A stretch of DNA of 64,000 nucleotides from Euprymna scolopes (lineage: Eukaryota), in assembly GCA_053919585.1 (NCBI GenBank), contig CM132791.1. The stretch is one strand, 5' to 3'. The notes under the pieces were generated by a model. It ran no database searches. It was not told the DNA's origin and saw only the letters and a list, made by a program, of their open reading frames with translations. The position numbers and the translations under genes were made by a program. This document shows positions 12,301 to 23,249 of this stretch, in pieces. Every line of letters begins with the position of its first letter. Position 1 is the first letter of the stretch.

Positions 12301-12724
12301 TGTCAGGCTGGCATACGTACAAAGGTTACAAGAAAGCCAATGAAAGTCATTCAGCGAGTAACTCCTAAGTTTTCTTTAATAACGTGTTTTGTTGAATCAT
12401 TGCGTTTGGGATCGTGTCGAATTGTCATAGGAGTTCAGATTCGAATCAACGGAGTTGTTCGGGATCTTGTCGTGTCAAATTATCAGAGGTGTTCAGGTTC
12501 GAATCGACGTAGTTGTTCGGGATCGTGATGTGTCGAATCGTCGGAAAAATTTGGGTTCAGATCGACAATATTGTCTGAAATCGTGTCGTGTCGAATCAAT
12601 GGAGGTGTTCAGGTTCGAATTGACGGAACTCTTCAGGATCATATTAGGTGGTGTGGACGAAATTGTTCGAGAATGTGCTGTCGCGTATGATATTTTTTGT
12701 CCTTTCTCCCCTCGTGAAGCAACA
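9391..12724 (+). mobile_element. Decayed LTR retrotransposon (gag-PR-RT-RH-IN), copy 1; truncated 5' LTR 9391-9477, 3' LTR about 12255-12724
   Basis: Protease ALVDTGC (ORF 10072-10476). RT remnants MDYRELN, LDLRQAYLQI, GFRLNVA, YIDD-like (about 10800-11085). RNase H VWVDTSS...HINLTEIDA (ORF 11087-11710). Integrase CIECQSIDPAPVHW and MDITH...LIDCGP (12040-12200). Polypurine tract CAGGGAGGAG then TGTGATG at 12255. 9391-9477 aligns with 12636-12724, both ending GTGAAGC(C/A)ACA. Confidence 0.85.
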
Positions 12725-13705
12725 ATTATCACACTGGACATTCATATTTCACATTATCACACTCCACCACTCCTTCTAAAACATATTCTTTCCATTTTTC
12801 ACTGCATTCTAACCTTCTTTTCTAACATATATTCCAATGGACACATTTTTTGTTTAGCGATATTGTCACTTGAGCTAATATCTCACAACTTCTGACGAGG
12901 TGTTTTACATTCTCGCATTTTTGCCGACACTCGACATGACAGGAATTTAGTCCTTTTATCATCACAACATGTGAAAAGGATCAAGTTTTTCCTTGTCCAC
13001 TGCCCCTGGCAGATACCTATTAAACCATTAATTTTCTTCTCGAACACTTTCTTTTTGTTCCTTTATTGCCTTCAATTCTTTGCTCCTTACTAGTTTGTTT
13101 GCTTGCAATTTTCAAACATTAATACACCCTTTAAAGATTTTCTTTACAGTTGAAAATGTAACTTTCAGACTATCTTCAAATTCTTTTATATCTTGTTCTA
13201 CACTTATTAATTTTCGTTCCCCTTTTTTCTTTTCACGTGTAACCTATACACATGAGTCTTTGAGTTAAAAGCTCTATTCATTGTCATCATTTTCCTTGTC
13301 TTCCCATCTATGTCTTTTAACATGTTTTCTTTCCATTAAATAATACACGCTCCATTACGAAATATAGCTACTGTCCATGTGTTTACTGAGGATATTTTGT
13401 TTTTCCTATTACATCTTGACCTAAGAACCAATTGTAGCCTTCTCTTATATTCTTTTCCTGTTATTACTTCCATTTAAACGTCTTTTATTTTATGTAATTC
13501 CACAGTTCCGAAATATATGTATACTTCAACGTCTTTTATAATTTCCTAATTCAAAAACTTCATTTCTCCATTTTTCCACTTTTCAATTTCAGGATTTATG
13601 GTTCCTCTACTACCTTGTCTACATCCTTTTTGTTCCTTTTTACCACATCTTAGGTTTGCTATTATTTGCTTTCTATTTCATTCTTCACATATTTAAGTCT
13701 CAAAG
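12725..13705 (-). mobile_element. Degenerate R4/Dong-like element (RT thumb, CCHC finger, start of RLE domain), interrupted by the LTR element
   Basis: Minus translations: VNTWTVAIFR (about 13355-13390), CRQKCENVKHLVRSCEILAQ...VHW (12835-12930, CCHC-type), and NMNVQCDN (12725-12750, preceding the PD-(D/E)xK nuclease), cut at the LTR end. Confidence 0.65.
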
Positions 13706-13711
13706 CTCTTC

Positions 13712-14099
13712 TATTATTATTATTATTATTATTATTAGTAGTAGTAGTAGTAGTAGTAGTATTTACTCACTAAGAGCAGTCACAGAAGCCATGAAAGAGT
13801 GTTTTTGAGAGCAGCCCGCGGTATTCCATGAAGACTGAGTGACAGCAAGTCTCCCCAGATTTCCCGTACTCTCCACCTCTTTCGATAAACTTTACAAAAA
13901 GATTTGTGTTATCGCAACAACCGCTTACCATTGATTTCTCATTGGTGTCGACTGGAATTTTGGTGGCAATAAGCCTCCCCAAGGTCCCAGTTCTCTTTGC
14001 ACACCTCCAGCATAGGTTTCACTAGTGCTTTCTCTCTTTGGTCTTTCTACCCCCTTGATCCTCATTATTTGGTGCGGTGTCTGTTTATGGTGACACTCA

Positions 14100-14146
<47 letters not shown>

Positions 14147-15816
14147 GACTGTATTTGTCAATTATGCCGTTTCAATTTTCATGTTTTCATGTGATGTTCC
14201 TTTGTGTTTTCCATCTGTAGCCGTTTCTGTGTCCAGTTTGTGTGTAGTTTATGTGTGGTGTTAGTCTCCGCATTCAAGGGGTTTCCTTAATATTTATGTA
14301 GTTCTCATTATTGTAATTCGTTGTATCTAACCTGATATCCCTCTGATTCCAATTTCTCATATTCTTTTTTCAAAGTTTTTCGGTATCGTTCCTAACGCTC
14401 TTAGTGGTGTTATCTTTACTTTTTTCATTCTCCAGATCCTTTTGAGCTCTCTGGCCAGTTCCGGGTATTTGCTTCGCTTTTCAGCCTCCTTAATCTTCAC
14501 TCTGGTCTGCTGAACAGTAAAATCTACAATCTGCCAGGACTTTTCCTTCTTGCTATTATGACATCCGGTCTTCTTGTTTGGGTGGGTTTATCCATTTGTA
14601 TATGTATGCCCCATAGAATTTTGTGATTTCATTTTCTAGTACTGCCGCCGGTTTGTGTTTGCACCATTTGTCTCTATCCTCTAGATGCAATTGTTTGCAT
14701 TATTGCCAATCAACTGCCTTCCCTACTGTCTATTTTTATATTCTTTTTGGGCTAGTTTGCTGCATTCAGTTATTATGTAGTTTATTGTTTCGTTTCTTTG
14801 TCTGTAGAGTCTGCATTTGCTGTTTTCTTGTGTCTTGTTGGGCTTTGATATGGTTGGTTCTAATTGCGTTATCTTGTGCAGTATTCAGTTTCCATGTAAA
14901 GGTTTCCTTTTTGTAGCCATCTTCAAGTGTTTTCGTCAGTCTCTTTTTTGTAATCTTATAAATCGTCCATGTAGCAGTTTCTCTTCCCATTTTTCTTTCC
15001 TAGTCTTATTCCTCGCCACTTTTTCTTTCTTGTTTATTTATTACGTGTCTCTTGCGGTAATGTGGTAATGATTCTTTGGATTTTCTGCATTATGTATTTT
15101 TTAAATCCTGTTTTTTGTGTTATATACACAGTCTTCTATACGGACCAGCCCTCTTTCTCCGTCTTTCCTTTTCACATAGAATCGGTCAGTATCATCTTTC
15201 GTGTGCAGTACATTATGCATCGTCATGAGTTTCCTGGTCTTCTGATCGAGATTCTTTAGTTCTTCTTTGGTCCAGCTTATAAACGGTCCAGAGTATCTTA
15301 TTAGTGGCATTCCCCACGTGTTTATTCCTTTAATTAGGTTTCGACTATGAAGTTTTGTTTGGGGAGGTGTTCTTGTTCTTCTAAGTTATTCCTTTCCTAT
15401 TTTCTCTTTCATTTTCATTGCTTTGACGGCGTATACTTCCAGCAGTCCTAAGTATGTGTAGCTATCATGTTCACCTAGGGCCCACATTTCTGTTTGATTG
15501 GACAGTACTATACCTTCTGTTGCTTCTAGTTTTCTCCTCCTCATGGTCAGCAGTGCGCACTTTTTTATACCGAATTCCACTCGGATGCCCTGGCTAAAGA
15601 TTCTGGTCGTATTTATTTATGTTTCTAGTTCTGTCTTTGTTTTTACAAACAGTTTCAGGTCATCCATGTTCATTAGTCTTCTTTCCTCTGTGAAAGTGAA
15701 CTTGTCTCCGGCTTGGCATTTTCTTAGGATGCTGTTCTGGAGCATCATGAATATAATGAACAGTGTTGTGATAGGAAATCACCTTGAAAGACCACTTTTT
15801 GTATTTTGATTTCAAT
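13712..15816 (-). mobile_element. R4/Dong-clade non-LTR retrotransposon (RT C-terminus, RLE endonuclease, 3' UTR, (TAC)n(TAA)n tail); 5' part lost in the N gap
   Basis: ORF pieces MEFGIKKCA...SYTYLGLLE (15386-15580), PLIRYSGPFISWTKEELKNLDQKTRKLMTMH...RGL (15101-15310) and AQDNAIRTN (14766-14990). RLE-type RRPD...IVDF...EKRSKY (about 14450-14575). Microsatellite tail at 13712-13761. (GA)n at 14103-14142 inside the 3' region. Confidence 0.8.
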
Positions 15817-16848
15817 NNNNNNNNNNNNNNNNNNNNNNNNNNNNNNNNNNNNNNNNNNNNNNNNNNNNNNNNNNNNNNNNNNNNNNNNNNNNNNNNNNNN
15901 NNNNNNNNNNNNNNNNNNNNNNNNNNNNNNNNNNNNNNNNNNNNNNNNNNNNNNNNNNNNNNNNNNNNNNNNNNNNNNNNNNNNNNNNNNNNNNNNNNNN
16001 NNNNNNNNNNNNNNNNNNNNNNNNNNNNNNNNNNNNNNNNNNNNNNNNNNNNNNNNNNNNNNNNNNNNNNNNNNNNNNNNNNNNNNNNNNNNNNNNNNNN
16101 NNNNNNNNNNNNNNNNNNNNNNNNNNNNNNNNNNNNNNNNNNNNNNNNNNNNNNNNNNNNNNNNNNNNNNNNNNNNNNNNNNNNNNNNNNNNNNNNTCTA
16201 TACTTGTATGTATGCATATATATATATGTATGCGTGTGTGTGTGTGCTGTGGATGAGTGTGTGCGTGTGTGTGTGTATGTGTGTGTCTGAAGGTATGTTT
16301 AAGCTTAGTGAACGAGCATTAATAATCTATTTTCTCAATCCCTGTAAAACTTATAACAGTTTTGAAGTTATCAGTAAACGCAGTTCATATTTTTTTATAA
16401 TGATTTTCACTAATATAAATTGAGAGCTAGGTCGTATTTTGGAGGATTATTCTCTTGTTAGCTACTCCTCTGTTGGAATTATAGCATTAAAACATTTTCC
16501 TTGAGATATTCCCGAAAACAAATCAAAGTATTACAAACACTTTTTTTGGAATCAACCGTTCTTAATATTAATAAATGAATAAATTACGGATATGAGTAAT
16601 TAAATTCGCCTTTAGAATATTAGTATTCATATGCATCGCTTCTCTGATACCAACCAAGCACACAGCTAAAGTATAGTCAATAGTACACAATAAAATACGT
16701 ATCTAGTGCAACCTTCTATACGTGATACTTCTAATCACGCACACTATGTAAAGTTAACTCTCTATTTTTCATTAAACTTTACCAACAATACACACAAGCT
16801 CGGCCGTAGTTTTCCACATTTGTACCATAATTTAACAGTTACCAGTGT

Positions 16849-17177
16849 CCAACTTTATATCTGTTAAGCTGAAAACAAACTTTATACCTGTTAAGCTGAA
16901 AACAAACTTTATACCTGTTAAGCTGAAAACAAACTTTATACCTGTTAAGCTGAAAACAAACTTTATACCTGTTAAGCTGAAAACAAACTTTATACCTGTT
17001 AAGCTGAAAACAAACTTTATACCTGTTAAGCTGAAAACAAACTTTATACCTGTTAAGCTGAAAACAAACTTTATACCTGTTAAGCTGAAAACAAACTTTA
17101 TACCTGTTAAGCTGAAAACAAACTTTATACCTGTTAAGCTGAAAACAAACTTTATACCTGTTAAGCTGAAAACAAAC
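16849..17177. repeat. 27-bp tandem repeat, about 12 near-identical copies (AAACTTTATACCTGTTAAGCTGAAAAC)
   Basis: Direct. The 27-nt unit explains the 9-residue periodic ORFs on both strands. Confidence 0.97.
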
Positions 17178-17199
17178 TGCCAAGAACACTGAAACACTG

Positions 17200-18232
17200 G
17201 TTTACATCAAGACTGTTTTATTATACTAATATGAGCAAGAGTTTGAGTTTTGATTCGCTGCGAGTCCATGAATGGATGATTCACTTGCTTGCTTGAATTA
17301 GGTAAGATTTGTATATTTCATATCTGAGCATTCTGCAATCTCTAGTCTGTGAGCATAATGGACTGTGGATACATTCCTTCTTGCATGGCTAATTGTGAAG
17401 GAGTACTCTGGACAATGCTTAGGCGGATTTCCTGTTGGTCATTATGCTTTCTTTGTTTTTCATCTCAGGCGTATTAGAGGTATTGGAATCCTACGGTATT
17501 GTTTAAGGTGATTCAAGAAAAGCAATGCAAATAGAGATGATTATTTTATAGGTTTACTATTTTCTTAGGAATCTGCGGTTTTGCAAAGTCATTCTGCCTT
17601 GCCAATTATTACTGATCAGATACTGACGATTAGGGAGGGTTTGGACAACTCGGCCTATAGTGTCCCATAGGTGATTGTTTGGCGTTGTATCGCGACTCTT
17701 TCTTACATTTGCATTGGGCATATAGTATGAACTGTGCAGTTGTTCTGCTCTGTTAGGTGAGTACTGCGTTAAAATTAGCTTATCTCACTATAGTTGCAGC
17801 TATTTCGAATGTGATTGAATTGATAACGAGCAAATATATTGTGTCATTGGTGCCGGCTTCATGCCAACCATCCCTGAGTAGACTAAGTGTAAATAGCGTA
17901 GTACTTTTCCTTTGAGAGATTTGGGCACCAGAATTCTCGGATCCGTCAATTCTAATGCCCTGGGAAAGTCGTGTATTTCTGTTTCAGTAGTAGAACGATT
18001 GAAGCAATATCCCTGGTGTATAATATTGATCTAAGTTTTGTAATGCTGATCATTTCTGCTTGATGCACATACGTGATCAGCTGACAGTATTATATCATTG
18101 ATCCTATAATCAGTCATGGTTTGGTGGGTTTCTAACTTCATCATACTATTTTGTGATAAATATCTTCAAGGGAAGGACGTGTGGAAAACAGGCACTGAAG
18201 TACATTCTTTATAGAGAATGGATTGCGGGAGA
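17200..18232 (-). mobile_element. 3' part of a decayed RNase H-containing LINE (I/R1-LOA group)
   Basis: Minus translations LYKECTSVPVF...MMKLETHQ (RT thumb-like, about 18120-18220), IDGSENSGA (RNase H DGS motif, about 17925-17950) and NDFAK-like (about 17580). Confidence 0.45.
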
Positions 18233-18234
18233 TG

Positions 18235-19256
18235 ATATAAAAAACTTGAACTAGTTATATATTTATTATTATATCATAGTTATATGATATCAAAAACTTG
18301 AACTACTTATATCATTTATTATGATATCACAGTTATATGATATCAAAAATTTGAACTAGTTATATAATTTATTATGATGTCATAGATATATGATTTCAAA
18401 AACTTGAACTAGGTATAACATTTATTATGATGTCATAGTTATATTATATCAAAAACTTGAACTAGGTATAACATTTATTATGATGTCATAGTTATATTAT
18501 ATCAAAAACTTGAACTATGTATAACATTTATTATGATGTCATAGTTATATTATATCAAAAACTTGAACTAGGTATATCATTTATTATGATGTCATAGTTA
18601 TATTATATCAAAAACTTGAACTAGGTATAACATTTATTATGATGTCATAGTTATATTATATCAAAAACTTGAACTAGGTATATCATTTATTATGATGTCA
18701 TAGTTATATTATATCAAAAACTTGAACTAGGTATATCATTTATTATGATGTCATAGTTATATGATATCAAAAACTTGAACTAGGTATAACATTTATTATG
18801 ATGTCATAGTTATATTATATCAAAAACTTGAACTAGGTATATCATTTATTATGATGTCATAGCTATATGATATCAAAAACTTGAACTATGTATAACATTT
18901 ATTATGATATCATAGTTATATGATATCAAAAAAATTGAACTAGGTATATCATTTATCATGCTTTCATAGTTATATGATATCAAAAATTTGAACTAGGTAT
19001 AACATTTATTATGATATCATAGTTATATTATATCAAAAACTTGAACTAGGTATATCATTTATTATGATATCATAGTTATATGATATCAAAAACTTGAACT
19101 AGGTATAACATTTATTATGCTATCATAGTTATATGATATCAAAAACTTGAACTAGGTATATCATTTATTATGATGTCATAGATATATGATATCAAAAACT
19201 TGAACTAGGTATATCAATTATTATGATATCATAGTTATATGAAATCAAAAATTTGA
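18235..19256. repeat. 53-bp tandem repeat, about 19 copies (GATATCAAAAACTTGAACTAGGTATAWCATTTATTATGATGTCATAGTTATAT)
   Basis: Period of 53 read directly (ACTTGAACTA at 18561 and 18614). No spacers. Confidence 0.96.
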
Positions 19257-19364
19257 TGTAACGTTTCCACTGTGCTGGATCGTAAAACGATACAAGAGTC
19301 CTTCTTCATTAAGCTTTAATAGACGTGGGTTATGTATCTCGTTAAGCTACGTTTTTACTTGGGT

Positions 19365-19790
19365 GTTACCACTTATCAAAGCTCGAAGGCCACTTTAGGA
19401 TAAGTGTTAATGAATGTTAGATGGTAGTGTAGTTTTTTGTACTTGTGTAAATGTTGTAGAATTTGATTATTCATAGGGACGGCTTAACAAGAGCTCGTTT
19501 ACATTGGATTTGAAGACTACGATGTTATATTAAACCGGTAAGCAGGTCAGCGAAACAGTATTCGTCAACTCCTATTAAGGACTGATGGTCTGTTACTACT
19601 ATTACATTAGAGAAGCCCATGATGGGTATACAGCATTTAACTAATGCCCATGCAATTGCCGTTTATTCGGATTCAATGATTACATATCAATGCGATCTGC
19701 AAACACTATGTGCTAGCACCCATTTGTGTTTTTTCAGTAGAACATCTACACTACATTTTTACTGATTAAAGCTAGGCATGTTGCGCTGTT
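19365..19790 (-). mobile_element. Diverged 3' fragment of the CR1/Zenon-type LINE
   Basis: ACCACTTATCAAAGCTCGAAGGCCACTTTAGGATAAGTGTTA resembles the LINE tail at 48221 (ACCACTTATCAAGGCACGGAATCCACTCAGGGATAAGGGTTA). An H-W-GA-like remnant lies near 19700-19730. Confidence 0.45.
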
Positions 19791-19878
19791 TATATCAAAG
19801 GTTGTAACATTTTTCTTTTCCAAATCAACAATGTAACAATTTCATTTAAAAAAAAAACAACGTTTTTTCCAAATCAAC

Positions 19879-22800
19879 GTTATTATACTTTCATTAAAAA
19901 ACCTTTGTTATAATTCTTGTTCAGGTTACTTTCCTATTTAAATATGTCCGTTTTACTTTTTTTAAGATGCGTTTGGCTTCTTGCCTTATTGTTTCTAATG
20001 TAGAATTCAGTTGAATGAAGCCTTGTGAAAAGGTCTTCCTACTTTCGTTTTCATTATGCCACCATTTATTTAATTGAATTTTACAGTATTTACTCTATTT
20101 TATTTATAGATAAAATTGTTTGACTGAATAAATTCGTTGTATCTTCTTCGGACACTCGGACTAGCAAGCCCTGGAGACTATGGTATCGTAATTTTACTTA
20201 TTATTTGTTTACTATTGCTCTATTAAATCCCGACAAACTCGAAGTTTTTTACTGGAACATTAGTGCTAATGTTGCTTACATTATCGAAGGCTGTTCTGGG
20301 TAGATTGAATTATTAAAAGCTGTTTATAAAAAAGCTTTCTTACGTTATTCATGATAGGAATTTACTTTCCACACGACTGCAACAGGAAAATAAATCTGTA
20401 AACCAGTATCTTAAGGCCTTGAATCGCCGCTGACTGTTGCTCCAGGAATGACTCTGCTGCTACTTACAGGGACAAATCTGCACGTAATGCATTTAAACTT
20501 GATGAATTTATATGTGATGTATTTATACTTAATGCATTTATGCGTAATGCATACGTGGCCTTCAGTCTTTTGTGAGACATGCCAGTTTCTTTGAAAAACA
20601 TGCGTCGAATTTTGAAGAGGCTACTCGGTGCGCCAAAGCATTAGAACAGGCTCGCCCTCTTGCTGAGTTAAACGCGTCTAAGATTTGACCTGTCATTGCT
20701 GCTAAAATGCTACGGCTAAAAATGTGTTGACTTATTCTGTTACAAAAAACGTGCTTACTGACTCCGCTGATCCGTGTATAGAGGGTGACTCTGTACAATT
20801 ATCTACTGCCATTCCTACCATGACAGGTGCTATAATTGTAGAGGGAAACATCACCCTAAGGATTATCGCCGATATTGTCCTGCTGCGATAAGGTATGTCA
20901 AAAAACTGGCAAACTCCATTTTGCCAAGGTGTGTCGCTTTATCAGACACCTTCACGTTCTACCCTAGCTGTTATAGTAATCCGTGTTTAGGATTATGCTG
21001 GGTTTACTCCTATTACATAAATTGTAAAATTAAACGATTAACTGCTCTTATAGACACAGACAACTTGCATAAAACTATTAGTGCTCGTACTATTAAAACG
21101 ATGCAACTGTTTACTTTGAAACGGGGTTGCGCAATTCCCATGTTATTCCCCTTAAACTATCTGAGTGTCCTACCGAGAACATTACCTTCACCGGCTATGC
21201 GTATACAGGAGTTAGCATCACGGTATTTCCTAATTCCTATATTGATATTTTACTCGGAGTGTTCTTCTTAGAAATACACCAGAGTGTTACCATTTCTTTT
21301 GGCAAGTCTCAGAATATTCTAAAAAATTGCGCTTTAACTATATCAGTTGGACTCTCGTTAAATTATTCCGAAACGTGACCTTTAATTTCAACCCGATTGC
21401 AACTTATTGCAGTGCTGAGGATACTCAATTCATAAGAAAAAATCTACAACTACAATTTACCCCAAATATCGTCCCTGTATGGCCTTTCAAGTTAGAAACT
21501 GACTATATAATTTTACAAAAATACTTATCGATGTCACAAACTGGGTTTCATAAATACTTTTACTTCAGATAACAAATTATTTAGGATCTTTTCTCATTTG
21601 TATGATGTACTATTTGTGATAAAATCCAGGAGGGTCATGACGTCAACATGGAGTGTTTCACTTCGTTTTATTAACGTCGTTGGTTATAAAATTTGTGATA
21701 GAACTCTGAAACCTGATTCTGAGCGTTTGAGACATCTTTTGCAAATCCTCCCTTTCCAACTAAAAATCGTTAAAAAGATGTCTTGGTATGTTTGCATTCT
21801 AGGCAGCATGGATGCCTAATTATTTATAAAGGATTCGGTCACTAACTGAAAAGAAAGTTTCTGATGCTTTCCGTGGTTGTAAACTCTTGCGAAGAATTCA
21901 ATAAATATATTACCCATTCTTCTGTAAATCTTATCGACGATGATTTGCCGTTTGTTATTGAAACTGATACTCAAAGAAAGCTATTGGAGGAACCTTCTTA
22001 CACTTTACTATTATTACGGAGTAGTATCTTTTATGTTTAACCTTTCTAATCGTGAAAAGATTACAAATGAGAAAATTATACGGTGAGAAAATGGAGCTTC
22101 TTCCCTTTTCATATGACATAAAACACTGTTCTGGGAATGAAACTATTATTGCTGATACATTATCCAAATAAGTGGTTGTGCTGCACCTTTGGGAGATCTA
22201 CAATCAATTCATAAGTTTTAATACATCCTTAAGTACAAGGATTTTGGCGTTATTTGAGTTTTCAGAATTTGCCATATTCAATCGAGGAGGTCCGGCCAGT
22301 GACATCCGAATGTATTACCTGCACAAAAACAAACAATTCTTTAATTCCCCTAATGATATTCTTATCAGTTCTACTGATCCGTTTCGACATCTTTTTGTTG
22401 ATTAAAAACGGCCTATCCCGGCATCTTCGTCAGATTGCCGTTACATGTTTACTATCGTCGGCGAATGCATTCATTTTTACTTTCACTTGAGATTGCATCT
22501 CTCAAATCTGATGACAATTAATCCATTTCGATCAAGGAACTTTGTTCAAAGAATTTCTGCTACAACTTGGGATTGGATCCATCAATACTACTGCGTAAAT
22601 TCCAACAGATAACAGCTAATGTGAACGCTATAACGGCATTATATAGAACATTTTTTTATTAGCTTTGGAATCACATCAACTCTTTTCATGACGTTCTATA
22701 AGATGTGTTACATATCATACGCGTTCTACCATGCATCACTGCTAATGCCATTCTTCACGGACACATATTCAATTTTGAAAGGTGCCTTTACACGGTCACT

Positions 22801-23248
22801 GTATTACGTGCTTGGCTCTGTAAGCCTGAGGAAGTGTTATTAAAACGATATGATGGCAGAAGCAAGTATGACCAGATTGCTGCGGTAGTGGAACTCTTCA
22901 TGTGAGAATTCGAAATCTTCATGGTCGAGAAGATTCAGTAGCACTGATACATTAGATTCGTTTTCCACGCTTGGGTCGCATTCAAGATTGTGCTGAAAAC
23001 GTTCTACCCGACGCAAGTTCTTCAAATCCAACCTATTCACTGGTGAGCTATTCCTTGCCGGTCTAGCTGCATCTTGATTTATAAAAGTGTTATAATTTCA
23101 TAAAAACTAATAATTCTTGTTCATGTGACTTTCCTATTTAAATATTTTCTTTTTCATTTACATGCGTTTGGTCTCTTGTCTTGTTTCCACTGTAAAATCC
23201 AGTTGAATAAAGCCTTCTAAAATAGTTTTTCCATTTTCATCTTCGATT
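19879..23248 (+). mobile_element. Decayed Gypsy (Mag-like) LTR retrotransposon with paired LTRs (about 19879-20056 and 23088-23248)
   Basis: Both ends share ATAATTCTTGTTCA..ACTTTCCTATTTAAATAT...ATGCGTTTGG...CAGTTGAATRAAGCCTT, and the right copy starts with TG. Gag knuckle CYNCRGKHH...CPA...HFAKVCR (about 20826-20940), protease ALIDT (about 21043), IETDT-like RNase H remnant (about 21957) and integrase TTA...CERYNGII (about 22587-22645). Confidence 0.8.
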
Positions 23249-23249
23249 G

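Noticed and set aside
16832-17197. Repetitive ORFs (FVFSLTGIK)n, (KVCFQLNRY)n and (FIPVKLKTN)n as real proteins
   Set aside because: A by-product of a 27-nt unit lacking stops in several frames; near-zero synonymous variation and no gene context.
19256-19330. GIY-YIG/Penelope C-terminal remnant (DRKTIQESFFIKL)
   Set aside because: Only about 13 residues of resemblance; no other Penelope motif nearby.
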